In this document: positions 55,379 to 64,000 of the stretch, one piece after another
How the letters are laid out: each line of letters starts with the position of its first letter
How positions within the stretch are numbered: the stretch's first letter is position 1
DNA from: Planctomycetota bacterium
GTDB taxonomy: Bacteria > Planctomycetota > SZUA-567 > H5-PLA8
Assembly (NCBI GenBank): GCA_038227875.1
Contig: JBBRPR010000015.1
Coordinates: 95,675 to 159,674 of the forward strand
Reading direction: 5' to 3'
Length of the DNA: 64,000 nucleotides
Program-made: the position numbers and the translations under genes
Notes under the pieces: generated by a model
Database searches by the model: none
What the model saw: the letters and a program-made list of their open reading frames with translations, nothing else
What the model was told of the DNA's origin: nothing

Positions 55379-56750
55379 AACTGTGAATGTAATCGAAGAG
55401 TGAGTCCTGCGTCACGCGAACTTTCGCGCCCATCTTTAAAGTAGGAATTTCGAACGGATCATTGGCGAGAACGCCTTCGATGGCGCCGTCGTTGTTCCAT
55501 TTCGTCACTTCAACCCACATCCATTCGATGCCATCAGTCGGAGTTTTAAAAGGCGCCTTGAGCATGAGATGTTCACCGACGGGCAGGCCAGTTTTCCAGA
55601 GTTTGAATTCGTTCTTGATCTTCTCCGTCGCGCGCGCTTTTGCGGCGACGAGCGTGGCATCAGTGTCCTTGACGTAACGGATGGCGTCTTCCCCACCATA
55701 GATTTGTTGAATCAATGCCACCTGGCGCTGCTGTGTTCCGGCACCGAGGCTGGCGGGAAAATTAATTTCCAGCAAGCGGTTCTTGGCGTCCCCGTCTTGC
55801 GTGGGAACCAGTGACAGTTGAATGGCGGCGATTCCCGTGGCTTTCGGCCGGAAGCTTTTCGTCAGGGACGCGCGAAGATCACCATTTTTCAGGGCGGCTA
55901 CATCTACGTTTAAAATACCTGGGATATCAATGCGACCCTTTTCTGCCATGGTCTGGCAGACCAAATTGACGACATTAAGCATGGCTGGCGCATCGGATTT
56001 GGTGAGATCTTCGACGCAGACGTCGGGCAATCCGAATTTGTCCATGCCAAGTGTCACCAGTCGTGAAAACTCGCCATTTTGATACATGTGAACATTAACG
56101 TGGGACGAGAGGTCAGGAAATTCCTCTTTCCAAGCCGCGACCCGCTGCTTCCTCCACGTCTCGCGTGCGTATGCCAGTCGTGAATTTTCATCCCAGAGGT
56201 ACCCGTGAGTTTCTTCGGCCAGGTCCAGCATCAACGACTGCGCTTGTTTCAATGCGGACAGTGCTTCTGGCTTGGGAGCATTGAAGTCGACCACGATCAC
56301 ACGCCTGCTGGCGGCGAGACTTTTCTTGTCGTCATCGCTAAGTCCACGCGATGCATATTGCAGCCGTGATTCCTCAGGTGGCATGTAGTCTGCAATCGGC
56401 ACTGGCGTAATCTGGCATGCGGCGTGGGCCTCCGATGTGGCTTCTACATTTTCAATGAATTTGATCTTTGTGTATTTTTCTGCGGTCCATTTTTTCAAGA
56501 GCGCGGCAGGATCTGTCTTCGTATCTGCCGAAACATAAACGGCGATCTGAAAACTCACCGCATCGGCAAAGAGGTTTCCGGCCGTGATCGGTTTTCCTCG
56601 AGCCGGTTTTTCTGGTGTTGCGATCACCTCGGCTCGTCCGACGGGATCGGAGGGGGGCAAAACCGGTTTCCGAGTTGGCGTGCTGCTCTTTGAAAAGTAA
56701 GTGGCACCCACCGCGATCAGGACGAACAAAAGAATGCGAAGTCCGCGCAT
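55308..56750 (-). CDS. DUF2314 (YegJ-like) domain protein
   Basis: N-terminal anchor; TLGMDKFGLPD; C-terminal KAPF..EWMWVEV..G.LANDP..DY..GN. Confidence 0.75.
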   Translation of the reverse strand: MRGLRILLFVLIAVGATYFSKSSTPTRKPVLPPSDPVGRAEVIATPEKPARGKPITAGNLFADAVSFQIAVYVSADTKTDPAALLKKWTAEKYTKIKFIENVEATSEAHAACQITPVPIADYMPPEESRLQYASRGLSDDDKKSLAASRRVIVVDFNAPKPEALSALKQAQSLMLDLAEETHGYLWDENSRLAYARETWRKQRVAAWKEEFPDLSSHVNVHMYQNGEFSRLVTLGMDKFGLPDVCVEDLTKSDAPAMLNVVNLVCQTMAEKGRIDIPGILNVDVAALKNGDLRASLTKSFRPKATGIAAIQLSLVPTQDGDAKNRLLEINFPASLGAGTQQRQVALIQQIYGGEDAIRYVKDTDATLVAAKARATEKIKNEFKLWKTGLPVGEHLMLKAPFKTPTDGIEWMWVEVTKWNNDGAIEGVLANDPFEIPTLKMGAKVRVTQDSLFDYIHSYADGHMEGNETGEIIEKMEESKR

Positions 56751-56940
56751 AGTCCTCTCCCATAAATTGATAATTTAGTAAATTCATCATTCAAGAAACG
56801 GCGTGAAATTCAACGGGTATAGCGCAAAATCCTACAACAATGCACACGTTCTTTGTTATTCGAAACCTGTTAAAAATAATGGGTCCGACGTTCGCCGACT
56901 CCCTTTACTATTCACAAACGTGTCGATTTTGGAGAAACCT

Positions 56941-57600
56941 ATGCGACTGATTTTCGTGATGATGCTGACGGTATCTGGATTTTTAACCGCCCGCGGTGGC
57001 GAACCAGCGACGGTTCCTGAATCGAAAGAAGTTCCGGAAGTAAAGGCGACGGAGCAGGAGGCGGCGGCGTACCGCGAGGCGATCAAGAATCTCGGCTCGA
57101 ACGAATTCGAAACGCGCGAGAAAGCGACCAGGGAGTTGGAGACAGCCGGCAAAAAGGCGCGGCCGTTTCTCGAAGCGGCTCAAAAGAGCGAGACAGATGC
57201 GGAGATTCACGAGCGCGTCGGAAAGATCTTGAAGAAGTGGCAGATGGTTGAAGGCTTCGTAACGCTGCCCAGCGGACTGCGCTACAAAGTGTTGAAGGAG
57301 GGTTCTGGCGACCAGCCGGCCGCGACGGACACCGTGACCGTTCAATATGTGGGGCGATTGGAGGACGGTACGGAGTTCGACAGTTCCTATAAACACGGCG
57401 GCAAGCCTATCTCGTTTCCGGTTAACCGTGTAATCCCCGGCTGGACCGAAGGCCTGCAACTGATGAAGCCCGGGTCAAAATACACGTTGATCATTCCCTC
57501 CAAGCTTGCGTACGGCGAAACGGCGCCGCCGGGCAGCGGGATTGGGCCGGGCGCGACGTTGATCTTTGATGTGGAGTTGATTGCAGTGCAGAAGCAGTAG
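56941..57600 (+). CDS. FKBP-type peptidyl-prolyl isomerase with an N-terminal HEAT-like module
   Basis: LPSGLRYKVLKEGSG, YVGRLEDGTEFDSSY, VIPGWTEGL, LIFDVELI. Confidence 0.92.
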   Translation: MRLIFVMMLTVSGFLTARGGEPATVPESKEVPEVKATEQEAAAYREAIKNLGSNEFETREKATRELETAGKKARPFLEAAQKSETDAEIHERVGKILKKWQMVEGFVTLPSGLRYKVLKEGSGDQPAATDTVTVQYVGRLEDGTEFDSSYKHGGKPISFPVNRVIPGWTEGLQLMKPGSKYTLIIPSKLAYGETAPPGSGIGPGATLIFDVELIAVQKQ

Positions 57601-57784
57601 CGGACAGACTGCGTCAAATCATAGAGCTAGCAAGCCCCAGGAATAGCAGTCAGAAGTAGCACAGTGTACTATCGCGGATTTCGTGCTGCTCCCGGCATTT
57701 TCTTGTCATCTGGCCCACCAGCAGTGTACGCGATAGTAACACAGACTGCCGTAGATCCGCCGGCCCGATCCCGAGGCAAAACCG

Positions 57785-60631
57785 ATGCGTACTTCAACGT
57801 TGTTTTCACTGGCTCTGGCGATGGCGTGTGCAGTCTTCAGTGCACCACGCTTGTCTGCTGCTGATGTCGATGAATTCAAAGTCAAACGCAAGGACGTCTT
57901 CGAATTTACGCAGACGCCGCAGGTGAGTCGCAACGGCGATGTGCTGACGATTACGTTCGGCGTGAAGGATTTCTGCGACGCTTCGGTTGCGATTGAAAAT
58001 GCGGACGGCACCATCGCCTGCCATGTCGCCAGCGGCGTGCTGGGCACGAACGCGCCGGAGCCCTTTCAGAAAAATAGCCTGAAGCAGTCCGTCGAATGGG
58101 ATGGCAAGAACGATCAGGGCGTGCTGGTCATCAATTCCGCGCCGCATACTGTCCGGGTTTCCCTGGGCTTGAAGCCGGTGTTCGAGAAAAATTTGTACTG
58201 GTCGCCGTACAAGCGCATCTCACAGGCCGCGCCGGCTTTGGCCGCCTCGGAAGAAGGTGTGTTTGTCTACGAAGGCGCGGGCGTGGACTCGCTGAAGCTC
58301 TTCGATCACGAAGGCAAATACGTCCGCACCGTCTATCCGTTTCCCGCCGACAAGCTCAACGATGTCAAAGGACTGGAGTGGCGCGATTTTCCCAATGGCC
58401 TGCATCTGCCGTGGAAGCACAGCATCTATGAGCAGACGCTGCTGACGTCCGGCAACAACGCCAGTTGGTTCGACGAGTTGGGCCGCAGTGGGCGCGGCGC
58501 GTCGGGCCTGGCGGTGCGCGGTAAGAATGTCGCGCTGGCCTTTCAAAAGCTCAACCACTTCAGCACCGACGGAACCAGCGGCGGCGTGGAATTGACCGGC
58601 GGCGCGACGAGCATTGAACTGAACAAGCTGATCGTCGGACCCAGCAGCATCGCGCTCTCGCCGGATGCCAAAACCGTTTACATGGCCGGCTATTCCTACC
58701 GCGAAGTTTCCAACTTCGACACGCAGCACGTGGTCATGCGCATTTCAATGGACGGCGTGGAGCCCGCGAAGGTTTTCGCCGGCGCCAGCGGCATGGCGGA
58801 AGGGCGCGCTCAAGGCAACGGCACCGAACCGGGCAAGTTTGGCAATGCGACGTCGGTGGACTGCGACGCGGCGGGCCGCGTTTACGTCAGCGATTTCATG
58901 AACGATCGCATCCAGATTTTCTCGCCCGACGGCAAGTACCTCAAGGAACTCAAGACCTTCAAGCCGGCCCTCGTCCGACTCAACCGCAAGAACGGCGAAA
59001 TCTATTGCTTCTCGTGGACCATTCCCTCGTGGATGTGGTCGGCCAGCAAGCCGGCCGACGCCGACGTCTGCGTCACGCGGTACGGTGGGTTCGACGATCT
59101 GAAGCAGATCGCCCGCTACGAAATTCCCGGCGCCGACGGAAAGAAGATGACCTTTAAACCGTATTGGAGCACCCATACGGGCATGCCGTACCCGCTGTAT
59201 TTCTCCGGCGAAATCGATTCGTGGTGCGACACGCCCACGATCTGGTTTGGCCGCGACTGCCGCAACGACGCGGAGCTGGGCGTGCACGGCGGCAACGGCG
59301 GCCAGGCGCAGCTCTGGGAAGATTGCGGCATCAAGATCTACCGCGAGAAGAATGGCAAGCTGGAATTGATCAGAGACTTTGGCAAGGAGACAGTCAAGGA
59401 AGCCGTCCGGGCCAAGCCACCGTCGAACGCGATTCAGCATTGCTACGTCAATCCGGTCAACGGGCATCTATTCGTCGCCGAAGCCGACAGCGCGCCGACC
59501 TGCAAGGCCAGCAGCTTCTGGCTGGAGATCAATCCGGATACGGGTGAATCCAAGCTGATCAAGCTTCCGTTCAACCCGGTTGACGCGACCATCGACATGA
59601 ACGGCTACGCGTACCTGCGCAACACGAATGTCATTGCGCGCTACGACATGAAAGACTGGCGTGAAATTCCGTGGGACTACGGCGAGGAATTTGACCAGGT
59701 CGGTCGCGACGGCGGCATCGGCGGCCACTCGACGGCGGTGACATCGGGCCTGGTGCTGCCGTCCCAATCGCCGGTCTGTTACCACCAGGGCGGCATCGCG
59801 GTTTCGCCCAAAGGTTACGTGATCGCGTCGTGCGCATACCACTTCACGGGCCTGAGCCACATGGTCGGCGAATCGACCGTCGACGTGAAAGGCCTGTCGA
59901 CGATCGGCAAACCGTACCAGCCGAAAATGTTTCCCGGCCGCGCGCTGAATTCGACCACGCCCTGCATCCATGTCTGGGACAAGCACGGCAAGTTGGTTTA
60001 CGAGGACGCCGTGCCGGGCATCCACCAGGTCGACGGCGTGGCGATGGATCGTCGGGACGCACTCTACTTCATGCACACGCCCGCGCGCGTGGTCGATGGC
60101 AAGCCGTACATCAATTCCATGTCCGAAACGATGACCAAGATGTTCCTCGGCCGCGGTAAGGTGATCAGCTCCGGCGACACACCGATGGTGCTGGATTCCG
60201 CCGGCACGCCGACACGCCCGCAGGACGGCACGGGCATCTGGGTAGAGCACGCCGACTGGTTCTACGGCGGAGTGGGCTTCGCCGGATTCAACGCGTCGCA
60301 GGCCGGCGGCGGCTGCGCGTGCTGGTTCTCGCGCTTCTGCCTGGACAACTACGCGCGCTCGTTCGTTCCCGAGCCGCAGCAATTCGGCGTCGGCGTACTG
60401 GACTCCGCCGGCAATCTGATCCTGCGCATTGGCCGCTACGGCAACGTCGACAGCGCCGGCCCCAAGAGCGCCGTGCCGCTGGGCGGCGACGAAGTCGGAC
60501 TGTTTCATCCGCTCTACGTCGGAACGTACTCGGATCGCCGGTTGTTCATTTCCGACTACGGCAATGGGCGAATTGTGTGCGTGAAGCTGGATTACAACGT
60601 GAATGAGAAGGTGGGGGTGCCGGAGAAGTAG
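57785..60631 (+). CDS. Large secreted NHL/beta-propeller protein with an N-terminal Ig-like (FlgD-like) domain
   Basis: Signal peptide; VEWDGKNDQG; NHL repeat (GRVYVSDFMNDRIQIFSPDG); C-terminal RIGRYGNVD, LFISDYGNGRI. Confidence 0.75.
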   Translation: MRTSTLFSLALAMACAVFSAPRLSAADVDEFKVKRKDVFEFTQTPQVSRNGDVLTITFGVKDFCDASVAIENADGTIACHVASGVLGTNAPEPFQKNSLKQSVEWDGKNDQGVLVINSAPHTVRVSLGLKPVFEKNLYWSPYKRISQAAPALAASEEGVFVYEGAGVDSLKLFDHEGKYVRTVYPFPADKLNDVKGLEWRDFPNGLHLPWKHSIYEQTLLTSGNNASWFDELGRSGRGASGLAVRGKNVALAFQKLNHFSTDGTSGGVELTGGATSIELNKLIVGPSSIALSPDAKTVYMAGYSYREVSNFDTQHVVMRISMDGVEPAKVFAGASGMAEGRAQGNGTEPGKFGNATSVDCDAAGRVYVSDFMNDRIQIFSPDGKYLKELKTFKPALVRLNRKNGEIYCFSWTIPSWMWSASKPADADVCVTRYGGFDDLKQIARYEIPGADGKKMTFKPYWSTHTGMPYPLYFSGEIDSWCDTPTIWFGRDCRNDAELGVHGGNGGQAQLWEDCGIKIYREKNGKLELIRDFGKETVKEAVRAKPPSNAIQHCYVNPVNGHLFVAEADSAPTCKASSFWLEINPDTGESKLIKLPFNPVDATIDMNGYAYLRNTNVIARYDMKDWREIPWDYGEEFDQVGRDGGIGGHSTAVTSGLVLPSQSPVCYHQGGIAVSPKGYVIASCAYHFTGLSHMVGESTVDVKGLSTIGKPYQPKMFPGRALNSTTPCIHVWDKHGKLVYEDAVPGIHQVDGVAMDRRDALYFMHTPARVVDGKPYINSMSETMTKMFLGRGKVISSGDTPMVLDSAGTPTRPQDGTGIWVEHADWFYGGVGFAGFNASQAGGGCACWFSRFCLDNYARSFVPEPQQFGVGVLDSAGNLILRIGRYGNVDSAGPKSAVPLGGDEVGLFHPLYVGTYSDRRLFISDYGNGRIVCVKLDYNVNEKVGVPEK

Positions 60632-60647
60632 TAGGAGTCAACACGGT

Positions 60648-61244
60648 CTACGATACAGGTACAACCCAAGACTGTAAATATGTTTGAATTTCCGCATCAG
60701 TGAACTTTCCTTGGGATAATTTCGATTGAATCCGGCGGGCGTCGTCGCCCGGCTCCAGTATCGATTGCATTGCCGCAATGCGTTCTGGATCAAGCGAAAC
60801 TATGACGGATAGCGTTTGTGCAATCTTTCGAGCTTCGAACAATGCCTTCGCAACAATTAATAAACCTAAGAAGGCAAAGAATCCAAGAAACCCTCGCGCT
60901 GCTCCAATGCTTTCGGGGTTGAAAGCGCTATTTTTTCCGCCAATGTAGCAGGCGCCGAAGGCAAATAGCGCAAACATTATAAAACCACCGATGGCCACTA
61001 CGGAATTGAATATGAGCACTTTCTTAGAAGCTTTACCACCCTCGTTTGGTGAAACGCGTTTCGCGCAAGATGAACAGCGCCAGTCTTTCACGGTCGCGGC
61101 CGGAAGTAGTGGAATAAAAAACAAACCGATCATCACGGTATAGCGTGTATTTTCACCCGTACGAACACACTGTTCGTGGGGACAATAGATTTGTTCATTT
61201 CCTAATATTTTTGGGAAATATCGGCCGACTGTAATGAGTAACAT
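60648..61244 (-). CDS. Hypothetical membrane protein with a zinc-ribbon-like N-terminus (lower GC)
   Basis: CPHEQC..LFFIPL..CSSC motif, two TM helices, GAGG RBS. Confidence 0.65.
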   Translation of the reverse strand: MLLITVGRYFPKILGNEQIYCPHEQCVRTGENTRYTVMIGLFFIPLLPAATVKDWRCSSCAKRVSPNEGGKASKKVLIFNSVVAIGGFIMFALFAFGACYIGGKNSAFNPESIGAARGFLGFFAFLGLLIVAKALFEARKIAQTLSVIVSLDPERIAAMQSILEPGDDARRIQSKLSQGKFTDAEIQTYLQSWVVPVS

Positions 61245-61300
61245 GGGCTACCTCACAATTATTTTAATCAAAATTCAATTCAACTTTGTTTAGGCATCCT

Positions 61301-61999
61301 CTACCCGCATGCCCACGTGAACGCGACGAGGTTGTCCGTCGCGCAATGGAAAACGTGGCCGCAGCCGCAATCTCCAAAGGTGTGCTGGAGATGATCATTG
61401 GAATCTATTTGGAAAACATAGCTCATCGGTTTGCGGCATTTTTTACACTTGGGATATTCTGGTCCTTGAGCCCATGCGGGCCAACCCAGCAGTTTGTCGC
61501 CAGTCGCAGTGCTGTATCGCTCAACGAGTTGGTCCATGGCGGCGGCATTGTCTGAAAACTCACTTCCAAGCTCAATCCAGGACGGGGCATCGTCGTATTT
61601 CTTCCAGCCGGTAATACTTCGGACGGAGTACCCACCCGAAGGCAGTACGATTCCACTGGGTTTGCCCGTGGGTACAATAACTCGAGCGAATACGGATTTT
61701 GAGAACGCCTGAAAGCCCAAACAATCGTTAGATTCGGAATTAGTGCAGAAAAATAATTGCAGTAAGCCCTTAAATGCAACCTTCGCGCCTTGAGGCAATT
61801 CTGCGCTATTTAGTTGCAGGAAGAATGCGAGCGGTTTGTTGCAAACTTTACACACAGGCCACGGTTCACCGTCGGACAACCATGGCCTTCCGGAAAACTT
61901 TGAGCCTTGAACACTCTTGTCCTTCTCGACTGTCTCAAGGGTCCAGCAGGGTCGTACTAGTGATTTCAGGTTCTTGTCTAGTGCCGCCAATGTGCTCAT
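61301..61999 (-). CDS. DUF1963 / YwqG-family protein
   Basis: SKFSGRP..WP.C..C..PL.F.LQL, KLLGWP.W.Q, FQIDS, FGDCG. Confidence 0.8.
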   Translation of the reverse strand: MSTLAALDKNLKSLVRPCWTLETVEKDKSVQGSKFSGRPWLSDGEPWPVCKVCNKPLAFFLQLNSAELPQGAKVAFKGLLQLFFCTNSESNDCLGFQAFSKSVFARVIVPTGKPSGIVLPSGGYSVRSITGWKKYDDAPSWIELGSEFSDNAAAMDQLVERYSTATGDKLLGWPAWAQGPEYPKCKKCRKPMSYVFQIDSNDHLQHTFGDCGCGHVFHCATDNLVAFTWACG

Positions 62000-62014
62000 T
62001 AGCTACCCTCCCGC

Positions 62015-63553
62015 TCACAAATTCTTATACCGATCCAAATTCCGATACTGAATCGCCTCACTCACATGCGTCGCGTCGATCAGCTCCGCCGCTTCGAGAT
62101 CCGCGATCGTGCGCGCCACCTTCAAGATTCGACCATACGAACGCGCGGAGAAGCCCAGCGTGTCGACCGCGTTTTTCAACAGCGCGCCGGCGTCCTTGTC
62201 CGGCTTGCAATACGACTGAACCTGCCGCTCGTTCATCGCGGCGTTGCTGTGCGTTGAGGTCCCGGCGAAGCGCTTCTGCTGGACGGCGCGGGCGGCGACG
62301 ACTTTCTCGCGGATCTCGGCGCTCGACGGGCCCGTCCGATCGCTCGACAGTTCGTCGTATGGAACGTGCGGCACTTCGATGTGGAGGTCGATGCGGTCGA
62401 GCAGCGGGCCGGAAACTTTTGAGAGGTAGCGCTGCACCTGAATGTCCGTGCAGCGGCACGCCTTCTTCGGGTCGCCATAGTGGCCGCACGGGCAGGGGTT
62501 CATTGCTGCCACGAGCATGATGTTGGCCGGAAACACGCACGTCGCCGCCGACCGCGCGATGGTGATCTTGCGGTCTTCCAGCGGCTGGCGCAGCGCTTCC
62601 TTTACCTTGCCGTCGAATTCGGGAAACTCGTCGAGAAACAAAATGCCATTGTGAGCCAGCGAGATCTCGCCGGGCTTCGGGTCGACGCCACCGCCGACCA
62701 GGCCAGGGTAGCTGGTGGTGTGATGCGGATCGCGGTACGGCCGGCGCGTTTTCAGCGGTTCTTGCGTCGAAAGTTTTCCCGCCACCGACCAGATCTTCGT
62801 CGTCTCCAGCGCTTCGGCCAGCGAGAACGGCGGCAGGATTCCGGCCATGCGTTTGGCGATCATCGATTTGCCGCTGCCTGGCGGTCCAATCAAAAGTAAA
62901 TTGTGTCCGCCCGCCGCCGCGATGGTCAGCGCGCGCTTCACGGCCTCTTGGCCGCGGACGTCGGAGAGATCGAACATGCCTTCCGGCGACGGGCGGTTGA
63001 AGAGATCGTCGATGTCCACTTTCACCGGATCCAGCGTCGCGACGCCGTTGAGCATCGCCGCCGCTTCGGGAAGCGTCGACGGCGCGAACACCTGCAGCCC
63101 ATCGACCACGGCGGCTTCGGCGGCGTTCTCGGGAGGGACGAAGATGCCGCGCTTTTTCATCTCACGGGCTTGGAGCGCGAAGAGCAGCGCGCCTTTGACC
63201 GGGCGGAGTTTTCCATCCAGCGCCAGTTCGCCGACGTACAAATAGTCATCCAACTGATCAGCTTTGAGCTGCTCGCTGGCGGCCATCAGCGCGAGGGCAA
63301 TGGGCAGGTCGTAGAGCGGGCCTTCTTTGCGGCTGTCGGCCGGCGCGAGGTTGATGGTGACGCGCTTGTTGAACGGCCACGCGTATCCGGCGTTGGTCAT
63401 CGCCGCGCGAACGCGGTGCATCGATTCCTTCACGGCAGCGTCAGGCAGCCCGACGAGCTGTTCTTTGGGAATGCCCGGCGAGAGATCCACTTCGACTTCA
63501 ACAGTCGTGGACTCCACGCCCTGCGCGGCGGCGGAATGAACTTTGGAGAGCAT
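62015..63553 (-). CDS. comM: YifB/ComM Mg-chelatase-like AAA+ protein
   Basis: VGLPDAAVKES, INLAPAD.RKEG..YDLPIA, GPPGSGKS, SLAHNGILFLDE, SGPLLDRID. Confidence 0.93.
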   Translation of the reverse strand: MLSKVHSAAAQGVESTTVEVEVDLSPGIPKEQLVGLPDAAVKESMHRVRAAMTNAGYAWPFNKRVTINLAPADSRKEGPLYDLPIALALMAASEQLKADQLDDYLYVGELALDGKLRPVKGALLFALQAREMKKRGIFVPPENAAEAAVVDGLQVFAPSTLPEAAAMLNGVATLDPVKVDIDDLFNRPSPEGMFDLSDVRGQEAVKRALTIAAAGGHNLLLIGPPGSGKSMIAKRMAGILPPFSLAEALETTKIWSVAGKLSTQEPLKTRRPYRDPHHTTSYPGLVGGGVDPKPGEISLAHNGILFLDEFPEFDGKVKEALRQPLEDRKITIARSAATCVFPANIMLVAAMNPCPCGHYGDPKKACRCTDIQVQRYLSKVSGPLLDRIDLHIEVPHVPYDELSSDRTGPSSAEIREKVVAARAVQQKRFAGTSTHSNAAMNERQVQSYCKPDKDAGALLKNAVDTLGFSARSYGRILKVARTIADLEAAELIDATHVSEAIQYRNLDRYKNL

Positions 63554-63860
63554 GTAAGAAGAGTAAAGCGCTGAGTGAGAAGTGGAAAGTGGAAAGACAA
63601 TGTGAGCGGGAGATTAGCTTCCAAGTCGAGGCAATATTCCCCCCAGTCGGAATTTTTGACCGGGCGTCAGTTATAAAAAAATTCTGAATGGACTCACGGT
63701 CACGGAAGTCTTTGGCGTTCAAAAACTTCGATATATTTGCCCGGCCGGACCTCAACTTTCCGCTCGAAAAACTCTTGAAATAGGGAAGGCGAGCGCCAAT
63801 ATAGCGCACCATGTCCATAACAATGTGCAGGAGATCGTTCTCCTCTTAAACAAGAGCTCC

Positions 63861-63900
63861 GGCTTGGGAAGCCAACGCTCTGCCACTGAGCTACGCCCGC
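63861..63900 (-). pseudogene. 5' half of tRNA-Gly(CCC), probable att-site remnant
   Basis: GCGGGCGTAGCTCAGTGGCAGAGCGTTGGCTTCCCAAGCC gives the acceptor 5' strand, D arm and anticodon arm; no TTCRA T-arm or 3' acceptor strand follows. Confidence 0.8.
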
Positions 63901-63941
63901 AGTAACGACTTATAGAAATGATTGACTTCGGTGCGCCATTC

Positions 63942-63977
63942 TGGTATGCCAATCACCATAGGTTGGTATGCCAATCA
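63942..63977. repeat. 14-bp direct repeat TGGTATGCCAATCA x2 (integrase arm-type site candidate)
   Basis: Exact copies at 63942-63955 and 63964-63977 (22-bp period) next to the tRNA fragment. Confidence 0.7.
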
Positions 63978-64000
63978 ATCCGAGGGGTCATCATGGCAAA

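Noticed and set aside
61245..61300. Integron attC site between the AT-rich genes
   Set aside because: Only a GCCTAAAC-like word; no matching GTTRRRY end, no L boxes and no integron integrase.
63498..63818. 106-aa ORF upstream of comM
   Set aside because: Overlaps the comM start, runs through a heptamer repeat and has no recognisable features; cannot be supported.
63820..63900. Complete or intron-containing tRNA-Gly
   Set aside because: No GTTCRA T-loop and no CGCCCGC acceptor 3' strand downstream before comM.

Overview
High-GC bacterial chromosomal segment, most likely Planctomycetota (inferred from the RpoB/RpoC signatures, a DLG-type Ser/Thr kinase, HEAT-capped prenyltransferase-like proteins and a large NHL protein). 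It carries rplJ-rplL and rpoB-rpoC, unusually separated by about 16 kb of unrelated genes, plus about 50 metabolic, signalling, envelope and hypothetical genes (galK, phhA, proA, cysH, bioF, ndh, imuA-imuB, cobU, pccB-like, moxR, FKBP PPIase, comM/yifB). The most unexpected signal is non-coding. Two intergenic arrays (3780-3900 and 43546-43633) hold seven different palindromic cores, each exactly 18 bp (9+9) and loop-less. Most cores carry conserved RACCH/DGGTY-type 5-bp flanks, they are spaced at about 31-34 bp, and each array is enclosed by an inverted repeat. This is a CRISPR-like layout with self-complementary variable units that matches no element I can name. Other notable features are a structured RNA leader with a terminator before rpoB, a 5'-half tRNA-Gly(CCC) with integrase-arm-like repeats at the right edge (probable att site), many inverted heptamer arrays and REP/MITE-like elements. 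All calls come from reading the sequence by eye; no database searches were run.
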